NCBI GenBank assembly: GCA_021604525.1
Contig: BQJD01000013.1
Location: 11,055-75,054 of the forward strand
Direction of reading: 5' to 3'
Source of the DNA: a marine bacterium B5-7
GTDB taxonomy: Bacteria; Pseudomonadota; Gammaproteobacteria; Arenicellales; CAJQKF01
DNA: 64,000 nt
Shown: piece by piece, positions 53,057 to 62,114 of the stretch
Position numbering within the stretch: position 1 is the first letter of the stretch
Layout of the letters: every line of letters starts with the position of its first letter
Translations under genes and position numbers: made by a program
The notes under the pieces: generated by a model
What the model saw: only the letters and a program-made list of their open reading frames with translations
Database searches by the model: none
Told to the model about the DNA's origin: nothing

Positions 53057-54010
53057 TTGGAAATTCAAGATACGTGTTGGAAGTTAAAGCAATTGGAAGC
53101 CACGAATAATCCCGGTGCTGGTCGGGTACGGACCGCACTTGTCGCCAATGGTTCGATGTTTGCAACTACCGTATTGCGTACGCTCATTGAGGCATCATCG
53201 ATCGACCTTAAGTTGCTTATCTTGTCGAGGGAATCGAATATCACTCACGGTGCTGGAAGTGGGAATCCTCCGATACCCCCGGTGCGTGTTACCGGTTCCG
53301 GCACAATGGTCGACCTCGCCAGGGATAATTGTATTGGAGTGGCTGCATACAACGGTGGTTCCGCTCTGACGACCGCGTCGTTTGAAGAGCCTTTCGATTT
53401 TATTCTAGTTGCTTGCTGTGCCGAATGGATTGCCCCGGAAATAGCAGCGCTGGCAAAACATGCATGCCTGAATCTGCACCCTTCATTACTATCACGCTAT
53501 CGCGGCCCAGAGCCAATTTTCTGGCAGCTTAAAGCAGGCGAAACCAATACAGGCATCAGCTTGCATCATATCGAAGTTCGAATGGATTCAGGGCCGGTTG
53601 TCGCTATGCACCGTGTTGCTTATCCATCCGGTGCGAGCGCGGATGAGCTGGATCAATTGCTGGCACGGGCAGGGGCCAGTCTTTTCATTCAGGCAATTGC
53701 TCGTTGGCGGGATTCAAATTTCGAATTACCCGTCGTGCAACAGGACGAGTCCATGGCGTCACAACAATCCTATGCCGATGACCAAGATTTTCTGGTGCCG
53801 GTTACCTGGTCCGCACAACGTGCATTCAACTTTATTCGTGGTGTTCGTGGTGGACCCTTTACCATTACCAATGGGACTCATCGTTTATTGGTGGATCGTG
53901 CAATGCGACTGGAATCTGATGGTGAACCAGGTTGCCCGTACTACATGGATGGCAATCAAGCTGTTATCGGGTTTAAAGACGGCACACTGCATCTTCGATG
54001 CTGCAAGTGA
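53057..54010 (+). CDS. N10-formyl-THF-dependent formyltransferase (Fmt-like; start uncertain)
   Basis: CLNLHPSLLSRYRGPEPIFW, TGISLH...MDSG catalytic Asn/His/Asp; divergent N-terminus; not in a def-fmt context. Confidence 0.85.
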   Translation: MEIQDTCWKLKQLEATNNPGAGRVRTALVANGSMFATTVLRTLIEASSIDLKLLILSRESNITHGAGSGNPPIPPVRVTGSGTMVDLARDNCIGVAAYNGGSALTTASFEEPFDFILVACCAEWIAPEIAALAKHACLNLHPSLLSRYRGPEPIFWQLKAGETNTGISLHHIEVRMDSGPVVAMHRVAYPSGASADELDQLLARAGASLFIQAIARWRDSNFELPVVQQDESMASQQSYADDQDFLVPVTWSAQRAFNFIRGVRGGPFTITNGTHRLLVDRAMRLESDGEPGCPYYMDGNQAVIGFKDGTLHLRCCK

Positions 54011-54167
54011 ACCAGATTAATGTGTAATCCCCCCATTTATGACTGCACCTGGAAGCAGTCATCAGTCAGCAAGCGCTAACTTCTGTTTCGGGGTTATTCA
54101 ATCTAACGCCATATTCGGACGCTCGTTATTGTACTTACCATTAAATTTCTTCCTGAATCTAATGACG

Positions 54168-55262
54168 CTAATTGGTCAAAGAACTGAAAGTTCGCCTAAC
54201 CCCAATGTGGAATATGGTCGGTCGATGATTCTGGTTGCCATTAGCATCCCTTGGGCCAGAGTCGCTTAAGGCCTGTCTAACCCCTGCTACTACCGACCAA
54301 TCCTTATCTACCATATAAGTCGATTCGAAAACACCAACCAATGTTGTCCCAGTTTGTCTATCGTTGTCCACCCGAACCTGGGTGACACCCATTGATTCAA
54401 AGATCCCGGTAGATTTAGCTTTAAACTTTTCGCGATACAGCCCGGCTCCAATTCCCAGTGTCCACTGCTGAGTAAATGGCCGGTTATAGGTTGCAGTAAA
54501 GCCAATAGTTTCCACTTTAAGATCATCAATGCCCGTCAACTGTTCTTGTTCCCCGGCGATGGTCCTATTGTTAACTGCACGACCACGGTAATGACTCTGA
54601 CCGTACTCGATCCCGATTCGGACAAAGTCATTGCCGGGGTTTTTCATGGGTAGCTCCCATCCTGCGCCAATATAGAAATTAGTATCGCTATCGTCCACCG
54701 ATTTGCTTAAATTGGTATAACCTTGCTGATCCAAGACGTCGATCGCGGCGTTGACGGAGCCAGTCAGAACATCTGAATGAGTATTGGCGAAGCCAATTCC
54801 AGCATCCAATCGCGTTGTGCCCCACCACTCGCTGCCCGTGTTATTCGGGACGGCTGCAGTCGATGTAGCACCAATCCCCGTGGCGCTAATGAGATTAATT
54901 ATCTTTCCGCCCTCAAATTCCAATATAATTTTTTCTTTCTTTAGACCAGAGCCTTTTGGGTAAGTAATTTCGGCCTCATACTTACCCTCCTTAGCGCTTT
55001 TTGAGCTATCGGTTTCATCGGATTCATCAGCAGGCAATAGTGATGCTTCACCAAATTTATCCGATATCAACAGAATAAATTCCTTGTCATTATCATCTTC
55101 ATCTTCAACCAGAAGAAGTTCGATTTTTGCCCCTTTTATTGGGTTTCCACTACTATCCTGTAATGAAAGCGTACTGTCATAGCTTTTCACCAATGCGAAC
55201 GCGCTGATGGGCCAAATGGCAAGGACGGAGATAAGTACGTATAGCTTGGTTATTTTTGACAT
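54168..55262 (-). CDS. Exported protein: N-terminal beta-sandwich-like domain plus C-terminal outer-membrane beta-barrel
   Basis: Signal peptide ending AFA; LQDSSGNPIKGAKIEL (prealbumin/carboxypeptidase-regulatory-like); amphipathic strands FYIGAGWEL, LGIGAGLY, FHIGVRRTF. Confidence 0.7.
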   Translation of the reverse strand: MSKITKLYVLISVLAIWPISAFALVKSYDSTLSLQDSSGNPIKGAKIELLLVEDEDDNDKEFILLISDKFGEASLLPADESDETDSSKSAKEGKYEAEITYPKGSGLKKEKIILEFEGGKIINLISATGIGATSTAAVPNNTGSEWWGTTRLDAGIGFANTHSDVLTGSVNAAIDVLDQQGYTNLSKSVDDSDTNFYIGAGWELPMKNPGNDFVRIGIEYGQSHYRGRAVNNRTIAGEQEQLTGIDDLKVETIGFTATYNRPFTQQWTLGIGAGLYREKFKAKSTGIFESMGVTQVRVDNDRQTGTTLVGVFESTYMVDKDWSVVAGVRQALSDSGPRDANGNQNHRPTIFHIGVRRTFSSLTN

Positions 55263-55306
55263 AATCATTTCACCATCGAATTGAGCGGTTCCACATTCCC
55301 AAGCAA

Positions 55307-57742
55307 TTAGCCGAGAGTTAGCAAGAAACGCACTTCCCGCTTCTTACCATTCTCGTGTCGAGTTGTAAGGCGTAGCGTCCACTGCTTGGCTCCCTTGAAA
55401 TTGCGCGTTTCAATATCAACCAATATACCATTTGAAACCGGTTGTGTGATCTTACTGCCGACCGACTTCCATTTGGACGGTGTGTCGCCTTTACCTAGTT
55501 CTACCACAGCAGACTTGAACTTGTCGGCCAGGGCACTACCAAGTACCCGTATCGCCTTGCCACTCGATACCAGTTCCACACCATCGATCGAGGATTCGAT
55601 AAAAAACCTGGGATCAGCAGACAGAGCTGCAGCCGCATCCAGCAATCCATAGCCGGTAAACTGATCCACACCAGGTGTTTCGATATCTCGTGCAGACTGC
55701 AAAATCATGCGTTTAACCTGGGTGGCCGTCAGCTTCGGATTTATCGAGAAAAGCAAAGACGCTACACCAGCTACATGAGGGGCAGCAAAGGAGGTACCAG
55801 TGGCGTGGTAAAGAATTCTTTCTGGACCAACGATGTTACTGCCGGGGCTGTAGTTATCATCAGCAAAAATCATCGGGTCTGTATGGCGTGCACGAAGCGA
55901 TAAAATCTCACTGCCTGGCGCGACAATATCAACTGCGTCACCCCAGTTGGAATATCTGGCATGCGTATTGCCAGCCGAAACAGCGGCAACTGTGACTACG
56001 CCATTAAGACCGGCCGGCCAGAATTCTGCGGTGTCCTTAGCCTGATTACCGGCAGCTACGACCACGAGCACACCATTATCATTAGCGAAACGTACCGCGT
56101 CGTACTCCACTTCTGAAAACTCTTCTCCTCCCAGGCTGACATTAATTACCCTGGCACCCATAGAGACCGCGTAGCCAATGGCTGCAGCCAAATCCACACT
56201 ATTACCATTGCCCTGATAATTCGTCACTTTAATTGGCAGCAATTTCGCCCATGGGTTAATACCGGCAATACCTATACCATTGTCGGTGGTGGCACCGATT
56301 ATCCCGGCTACCAGGGTGCCATGACCATTGGCATCTTGAGTATTATTATTATCACTAACAAAATTCCAGCCATAGACATCATCAACAATCCCATTATCAT
56401 CATCGTCTAAAGCATTGTCGGCAATTTCTTCGGTATTTATCCATATGCGATTCCGCAGGTCTGGATGTGTAAGGTCAAGCCCGCTATCTATAATGGCCAC
56501 TATGGTGGGTGATGCCTGTTCCGGCCACAATCCCGAACCTTTAATTGAAAATCCTATAGTACTTAAACCCCACTGATCTTCCAGGCCATCTCTAATACTG
56601 CCTGTCGATGAGAAATAAGTATCACTGGGGTTTGCTGGCATCTGTGTACTGCGGGCTTTTCCTGTCTCGCCCGTTTTATTGTCTTCCGGTTTAGATCCTT
56701 TTTCCGACGGAGTAAATCCATGGGTAAAGAATTCGTATCGGTAAGAAGCACTAAGACCATTTTTTAACTTTTTATCAGCCTTGATCGCAGTATCATTGGG
56801 CGGGTCAGTGGGTGTTTTTAATGATTTAAGAGCGTCGCTGAAAATTTTGTCAGGGTTGTACTCAACCTCAATTTTGAATTCATCATCAAGCGCGCCTTGT
56901 TCCTGCCAGTATTTCTTAAGTGATTCTGGTGAAACTTTGTATTCCAAATCTCCCGTTCTCTTGTTGAAATGAATCCAAACTTGAATGCGTTGGTCAGCAT
57001 TTGCGTCAGCCTGATTCAAAATTGGAAGTTGTTTCAAGTCAGGGCAAAATTTAGTCTCAAGTGCTTCTAATTCTGCTTTTCGATTTGTCAGTTCATTTAA
57101 AAATTCGTTCTGGCGTTTAACCCTTTTTGCCCTCTCCTTCGGTAATTCGTCAATACTGAAATTGTGAAACTCATCCACGTTTTGGCCTACCCAATTGTTA
57201 ATTTTCTCTGCTTTCTCAACGCATTCAAAACTCTTTTTGCATCGTGTGCTGACAAATAGTGCTTCAGAAGGCAAATATGATCCGGTTGGCGAAACCGAAC
57301 CAAATTTCTTTTGTAGTTCTGCCGGGATTGAGACGATTTCCGTATGATTAAAAATACACTTCAGCCAATTTATCCATACCTTCTCAAGGCCCGACTCAAC
57401 CTTTTCCAAATCAAGTTGCAGAATTTCTTTTTTATTAGTGTCCGTAGCGTTACGTACTTTGTTCTCCAGATCATTGATTTGCTCATGATGATATTTCAGT
57501 GCATCAGCAACTGGCTGACAAGTTTCCGGTATACGGCTTGGATCAGTCTCATAGGTATTCAGGACTGCCTCAATTGCAAGCAAATAGAGTTCGGCAGGAT
57601 ACAGATCGAAATTATTCTGTGCATAGGTCGGCGGCGCAGCAGGCGCAATAAATACTACCAGCATCAGTAGATAATTTCGAAAACAATATCTAGTCATCTG
57701 GCAACCTGGCATCGCCGAGATCTTTAAGCTATTTATTCGCAT
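55307..57742 (-). CDS. Secreted S8 subtilase with a long unassigned N-terminal region
   Basis: IIDSG (Asp), HGTLVAG (His), AAGN, GTSFAAPHVAG (Ser); signal-like segment ending TYA; alternative start 57697. Confidence 0.92.
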   Translation of the reverse strand: MRINSLKISAMPGCQMTRYCFRNYLLMLVVFIAPAAPPTYAQNNFDLYPAELYLLAIEAVLNTYETDPSRIPETCQPVADALKYHHEQINDLENKVRNATDTNKKEILQLDLEKVESGLEKVWINWLKCIFNHTEIVSIPAELQKKFGSVSPTGSYLPSEALFVSTRCKKSFECVEKAEKINNWVGQNVDEFHNFSIDELPKERAKRVKRQNEFLNELTNRKAELEALETKFCPDLKQLPILNQADANADQRIQVWIHFNKRTGDLEYKVSPESLKKYWQEQGALDDEFKIEVEYNPDKIFSDALKSLKTPTDPPNDTAIKADKKLKNGLSASYRYEFFTHGFTPSEKGSKPEDNKTGETGKARSTQMPANPSDTYFSSTGSIRDGLEDQWGLSTIGFSIKGSGLWPEQASPTIVAIIDSGLDLTHPDLRNRIWINTEEIADNALDDDDNGIVDDVYGWNFVSDNNNTQDANGHGTLVAGIIGATTDNGIGIAGINPWAKLLPIKVTNYQGNGNSVDLAAAIGYAVSMGARVINVSLGGEEFSEVEYDAVRFANDNGVLVVVAAGNQAKDTAEFWPAGLNGVVTVAAVSAGNTHARYSNWGDAVDIVAPGSEILSLRARHTDPMIFADDNYSPGSNIVGPERILYHATGTSFAAPHVAGVASLLFSINPKLTATQVKRMILQSARDIETPGVDQFTGYGLLDAAAALSADPRFFIESSIDGVELVSSGKAIRVLGSALADKFKSAVVELGKGDTPSKWKSVGSKITQPVSNGILVDIETRNFKGAKQWTLRLTTRHENGKKREVRFLLTLG

Positions 57743-58109
57743 ATCTATTACCCATCCAGGTACTATACTAACTGATGTCCACTATAGTGCTAGTAGTCAG
57801 TGATGTGGTTAGTTCCATTTGACTGTGCCATCAATTTCCGGGATTTTTAAAGAGTTGGTTCGTTTTATGTTTGTTTTTTAATAGATCGATGTTTTCTGAA
57901 GATATAAATTGTTCGTCTGGAATTTCCGGATTGATGTACTTCCAACATTCGTGTAATTAACAACCAATGTCGCTTTAGTCATTGCTTGAGTGTAACAATT
58001 GGTCGTGGGAATGACTGCAAAGAGTTTAACCGTCCTGTGTCTGATTTGTTCAAAGCCAATTTTCTAACATTATTAGCTCAAGTTCCAATTTCTAAAGATA
58101 AGGGTTCTA

Positions 58110-59900
58110 TCAGGCGCCCTCGAGTTCTTCCCAGCGTTTGTATGCCCTGGATAAAGCAGATTCCTTATCTTCAAGTTCCCGATTTGCCTTGGCTACCTGG
58201 TCAGTTGGTTTGGTATAAAAGTCAGGGTGTGACAAAGTGTTATGTAGCTCGCTGATATCAGTTTCGAGTTGTTCGATGAGTCCCGGCAATTTCTCAAGTT
58301 CTAGCTTGAACTTGTAACTCAATCGTGGCTGCCTGGTTGTTACTTTTTTAAGGGTTTCACCCGAACTGGTTTTGCTGTTATTCGGATCCACAGATTGTTG
58401 TGCAATTGTTGCCCGTCTTACACGCTCATACTCGGTGTAACCTCCTTCGTATGCAGCGACATGGCCACTGCCATCCAGATGAAGCATTGAAGTGGTGACA
58501 TTGTCTATAAATGCACGATCGTGGCTGATCAATATCAATGTGCCATCGAAATCCAGCAAAATTTCTTCAAGCAACTCCAACGTCTCAATATCAAGATCGT
58601 TGGTGGGTTCGTCCATTACCAGCAAATTGAAGGGCTTTGAAAACAGCCGCGCCAACATTAGCCGGGCACGTTCGCCTCCTGAAAGCCGATGTATTGGTGC
58701 ACGAGCTTTTTCCGGCGTAAACAAGTAGTCTTTCATGTAACTGATAATATGCCGCTGACCCTTTGGACCCTCTACAAATTCACGACCACCGGCTACGTTA
58801 TCCGCTGCGTTCAATGATTCGTCCAGATGTGCGCGATGTTGATCAAATTCAGCCAGTTCAATCTTAGTGCCGGTTGTAACCGTGCCGGATTGTGGTGTCA
58901 GTTTCCCAAGCATGAGATTGATCAAGGTCGTCTTGCCGCTGCCGTTGACACCGGTGATGCCAATGCGGTCGCCACGCATGATTCGAAAACTGAATGAGTT
59001 GATCAGCGGTTTATCGTCATAGCTGAAGCTGACATTATCGAGATCCAGTACAATCTTCCCCGAAGTTGATGATTCGCGAATGCTTGCCCTGGCGCGGGCC
59101 TCGGTTCCACGATCGCGTTGGTGTTGTCGACGCATTTCCTGAAGACGCCGCACCCGCCCTTCATTTCGTGTACGACGTGCCTTGATTCCACCTCGGATCC
59201 ACGCTTCTTCTTCATCGAGCACTTTGTTGAATTGTGCTCGTTCGCGTTCTTCAGTCTCGATTCTCGCCTCACGCTGTTGAAGGTAGCGTCGATATCCCAT
59301 GCGGCCGTGATGCAACACACCGCGATCTATCTCCACCACTTCGCTCGCTACGTTATCAATAAACCTTCTGTCGTGACTGATAAACATCACAGACAGGCCG
59401 GGCGACTTTAACCAGTGTTCCAGCCACTCGATGGCATCGGTATCAAGATGGTTTGTCGGCTCATCCAGCAATAACAAATCCGGACTTCCAGCAAGTGCCC
59501 GGGCAAGCAGGGTACGGCGTTTCATCCCGCCGGAAAGCGATGCAAAGCTGGTATCCGGGTCGACCGATAGACGATCCAGAATTTTACGTGTAGACAGATC
59601 ACCGGCATGCCCACCCGTGGCGATTTCTATTGCGCTGCCATCACTTGAATCGATGGTATTGCCATCAATGCCAAAGCCGACCTCCTGGGAAAGCCAGCCG
59701 ATTTTGAGGCCAGGCATGATGCGGCGGGCTCCGTCATCCGCAATCATTGCGCCAGCAAGTAGTTTTAATAGCGTGCTTTTTCCAGAACCATTTCGGCCCA
59801 GCAGGCAGATACGTGCGCCGTGTTCAATAACAAGGTTGCCACGTTCAATAATCGGTGGACCACCGAATCCGAGTTCAATATTTTGTAGTTCGACCAGCAT
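58110..59900 (-). CDS. uup: ABC-F ATPase Uup
   Basis: Two ABC domains, KARRTRNEGRVRRL linker, C-terminal LSYK...RWEELE domain. Confidence 0.93.
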   Translation of the reverse strand: MLVELQNIELGFGGPPIIERGNLVIEHGARICLLGRNGSGKSTLLKLLAGAMIADDGARRIMPGLKIGWLSQEVGFGIDGNTIDSSDGSAIEIATGGHAGDLSTRKILDRLSVDPDTSFASLSGGMKRRTLLARALAGSPDLLLLDEPTNHLDTDAIEWLEHWLKSPGLSVMFISHDRRFIDNVASEVVEIDRGVLHHGRMGYRRYLQQREARIETEERERAQFNKVLDEEEAWIRGGIKARRTRNEGRVRRLQEMRRQHQRDRGTEARARASIRESSTSGKIVLDLDNVSFSYDDKPLINSFSFRIMRGDRIGITGVNGSGKTTLINLMLGKLTPQSGTVTTGTKIELAEFDQHRAHLDESLNAADNVAGGREFVEGPKGQRHIISYMKDYLFTPEKARAPIHRLSGGERARLMLARLFSKPFNLLVMDEPTNDLDIETLELLEEILLDFDGTLILISHDRAFIDNVTTSMLHLDGSGHVAAYEGGYTEYERVRRATIAQQSVDPNNSKTSSGETLKKVTTRQPRLSYKFKLELEKLPGLIEQLETDISELHNTLSHPDFYTKPTDQVAKANRELEDKESALSRAYKRWEELEGA

Positions 59901-59983
59901 GTAGTTGTTTTCAACCGTAAATTCAGTGGAGTCGTCTTATAATGACCCGGTTAGCGATCAGGCAGGAGTATGTGATTAAATGA

Positions 59984-61165
59984 GTGAAGAATTTCGGACC
60001 GGATAATAGCAAGAGCATGGCCACATTCGACAGCCTTCAAATGACAAGACAGTTAGTGTCTTACGATACGGTGTCTCGCGACAGCAATCTGCCGTTAATA
60101 GAATTTACCGAGAACTGGCTCGTTGACAATGGGATTGACAGTTTTCGTATCAGCAGTGATGACGGTACCAAGTCGAATCTGGTGGCGTCAATTGGGCCTG
60201 CCGAGGCGGATGGAATCATCCTGTCCGGGCATACGGATGTTGTCCCGGTAGATGGTCAGCCATGGTCGGCCGATCCATTCGCGCCATGGGTGGATGAGGG
60301 CAGGTTATACGGTCGAGGCACCTGTGACATGAAGGGATTCATCGCTGTGGCGCTGGCTGCCGTGCCACGCATGACGAATCTGAAGCGACCGATTCATCTG
60401 GCGCTTTCCTATGATGAAGAGGTGGGTTGCAAGGGTGCGCCGAGAATGATCGACGCAATTCGCAGAAAATTACCGCCTTGTCGCGCGGTGGTTATCGGCG
60501 AACCCACCTGTATGCAAGCGGTTCGGGCACACAAGGGAATTGTTGCCTTGAAGACTACCGTAACCGGCTACGAAACCCATTCCAGCCAGACGCATCGCGG
60601 TGTCAGCGCGGTCATGACGGCAGCGAGACTTGTTAGCTACCTCGACACCATGGCGACGACAATCGCCCATCAAACCCATAACGATAACGGTTTTGAGCCG
60701 CCATACACCACGGTACACGTTGGTATTATTCGTGGTGGCACCGCCATCAATATCATTTCCCGGGAATGTGAATTCATTTGGGATATACGGGCGATGCCAC
60801 AGGACAATCCACAATCCCTGATCGATGAATTCGAAACTTTCTGTCGCGATGAGGTATTACCTGAACTCAAGCGTCGTCATTTTGCAGTCGCTATCGATAC
60901 TCAAATTCTCGCCAATGCACCCGGGTTCGAAGTATCTGCCGACAGCTATGCGGTGGAAATGGTGCAGAGACTGACCGGGATAAAGGCAACACAAAATGTT
61001 TCCTATGCTGCCGAAGCGGGACAGTATCAGGCGGCCGGACTCGCCTCGGTCATTTGCGGACCGGGTTCTATCGATCAGGCACATCAGCCTGATGAATACC
61101 TTGAGCTAAGCGAATTACAGGCTGCCGAACATCTCATCGATGAGATTATCGAGATGCAATCTTAA
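59984..61165 (+). CDS. argE: Acetylornithine deacetylase
   Basis: SGHTDVVP, GRGTCDMKGF, YDEEVGC, GEPT, GPGSIDQAHQPDE; alternative ATG 60017. Confidence 0.93.
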   Translation: MKNFGPDNSKSMATFDSLQMTRQLVSYDTVSRDSNLPLIEFTENWLVDNGIDSFRISSDDGTKSNLVASIGPAEADGIILSGHTDVVPVDGQPWSADPFAPWVDEGRLYGRGTCDMKGFIAVALAAVPRMTNLKRPIHLALSYDEEVGCKGAPRMIDAIRRKLPPCRAVVIGEPTCMQAVRAHKGIVALKTTVTGYETHSSQTHRGVSAVMTAARLVSYLDTMATTIAHQTHNDNGFEPPYTTVHVGIIRGGTAINIISRECEFIWDIRAMPQDNPQSLIDEFETFCRDEVLPELKRRHFAVAIDTQILANAPGFEVSADSYAVEMVQRLTGIKATQNVSYAAEAGQYQAAGLASVICGPGSIDQAHQPDEYLELSELQAAEHLIDEIIEMQS

Positions 61166-61510
61166 AAACGCAGTTCGAAAGTCATAAGCTTTCGGTATCA
61201 GTTACCCCACCCAATTTGCATACGCAAGTCTCTCGCGACATGCTCCTGATCAAGCTTGAGAATTGAATTTCCTGAGCTCAGCTACACCCGTTATCCCAAG
61301 CCGTTTGTCGGTCCACTGGTCGGAGTTTTCGAGACTAATACTGAAACTCGAATATAACTTAATAGAAACCAGTAACTAACTGAATAATAAAAATAGTATG
61401 GATATTTTATATAAAGCCTAATCAGCTTGCCTGTCGATCTGAGACAATAATCCGACTACGTTGTGTGGTACCGTCTAACTATCAATTTTCATCCCGACTT
61501 GTGATCCACT

Positions 61511-62056
61511 ATGACTCAAATATTTGAAGAGCTGAACAATCAGCATAAAAACATCGTCACACTTATTCATATGATTGAAAATCAGATTGACCGCGTTGCA
61601 AATGAGGAGATGCCTAACGTTTCGTTACTGCTGGATATCATGCAATATCTGACCCGTTATGTGGATGTATCCCATCATCCTACAGAGGAATTATTGATTG
61701 CCCGCTATGAACAAAGTGAAGCACCGGAAAATCATGAGGTTCACGAGTGCAAGCTCCAACATCGCCAGCTTCTTGGATTGGGACGGGAATTCCTGGCCAT
61801 TGTCGAAGCCGTTCGCGAAGAACAACTGGTAGAACGGGTTGAGTTCGAACGGGTTGGTCGGGAATTTATCCAGAAACAACTCGACCATATCGACCTGGAA
61901 GAAGGCAAGGTGTTCCCTGTCCTCAAAAAATCACTCAATAAGAAAGCGTTGAAGGAAGTTCGTGAAGAACTCGCTCAAAGCAAGGATCCATTGTTTGGTG
62001 ATATTGTCGACAAGGAATATCAGAAGTTATACGACTATATAATTCGCAGCGCGTGA
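61511..62056 (+). CDS. Stand-alone hemerythrin-like di-iron protein
   Basis: QH, HHPTEE, QH, HIDLEE..VFP ligand pattern; DPLFG tail. Confidence 0.88.
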   Translation: MTQIFEELNNQHKNIVTLIHMIENQIDRVANEEMPNVSLLLDIMQYLTRYVDVSHHPTEELLIARYEQSEAPENHEVHECKLQHRQLLGLGREFLAIVEAVREEQLVERVEFERVGREFIQKQLDHIDLEEGKVFPVLKKSLNKKALKEVREELAQSKDPLFGDIVDKEYQKLYDYIIRSA

Positions 62057-62114
62057 GGTGGGATCACACGCTGTTGAACATCGTTTGTTCAAGAGTAGTT
62101 TTTAAAATTTCCGG

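Noticed and set aside
53057-54010. Housekeeping fmt call
   Set aside because: Lacks the FxGTP N-terminal motif and the def/rsmB context.
54011-58109. Integrative mobile element
   Set aside because: No integrase, transposase, tRNA target or flanking direct repeats were seen.
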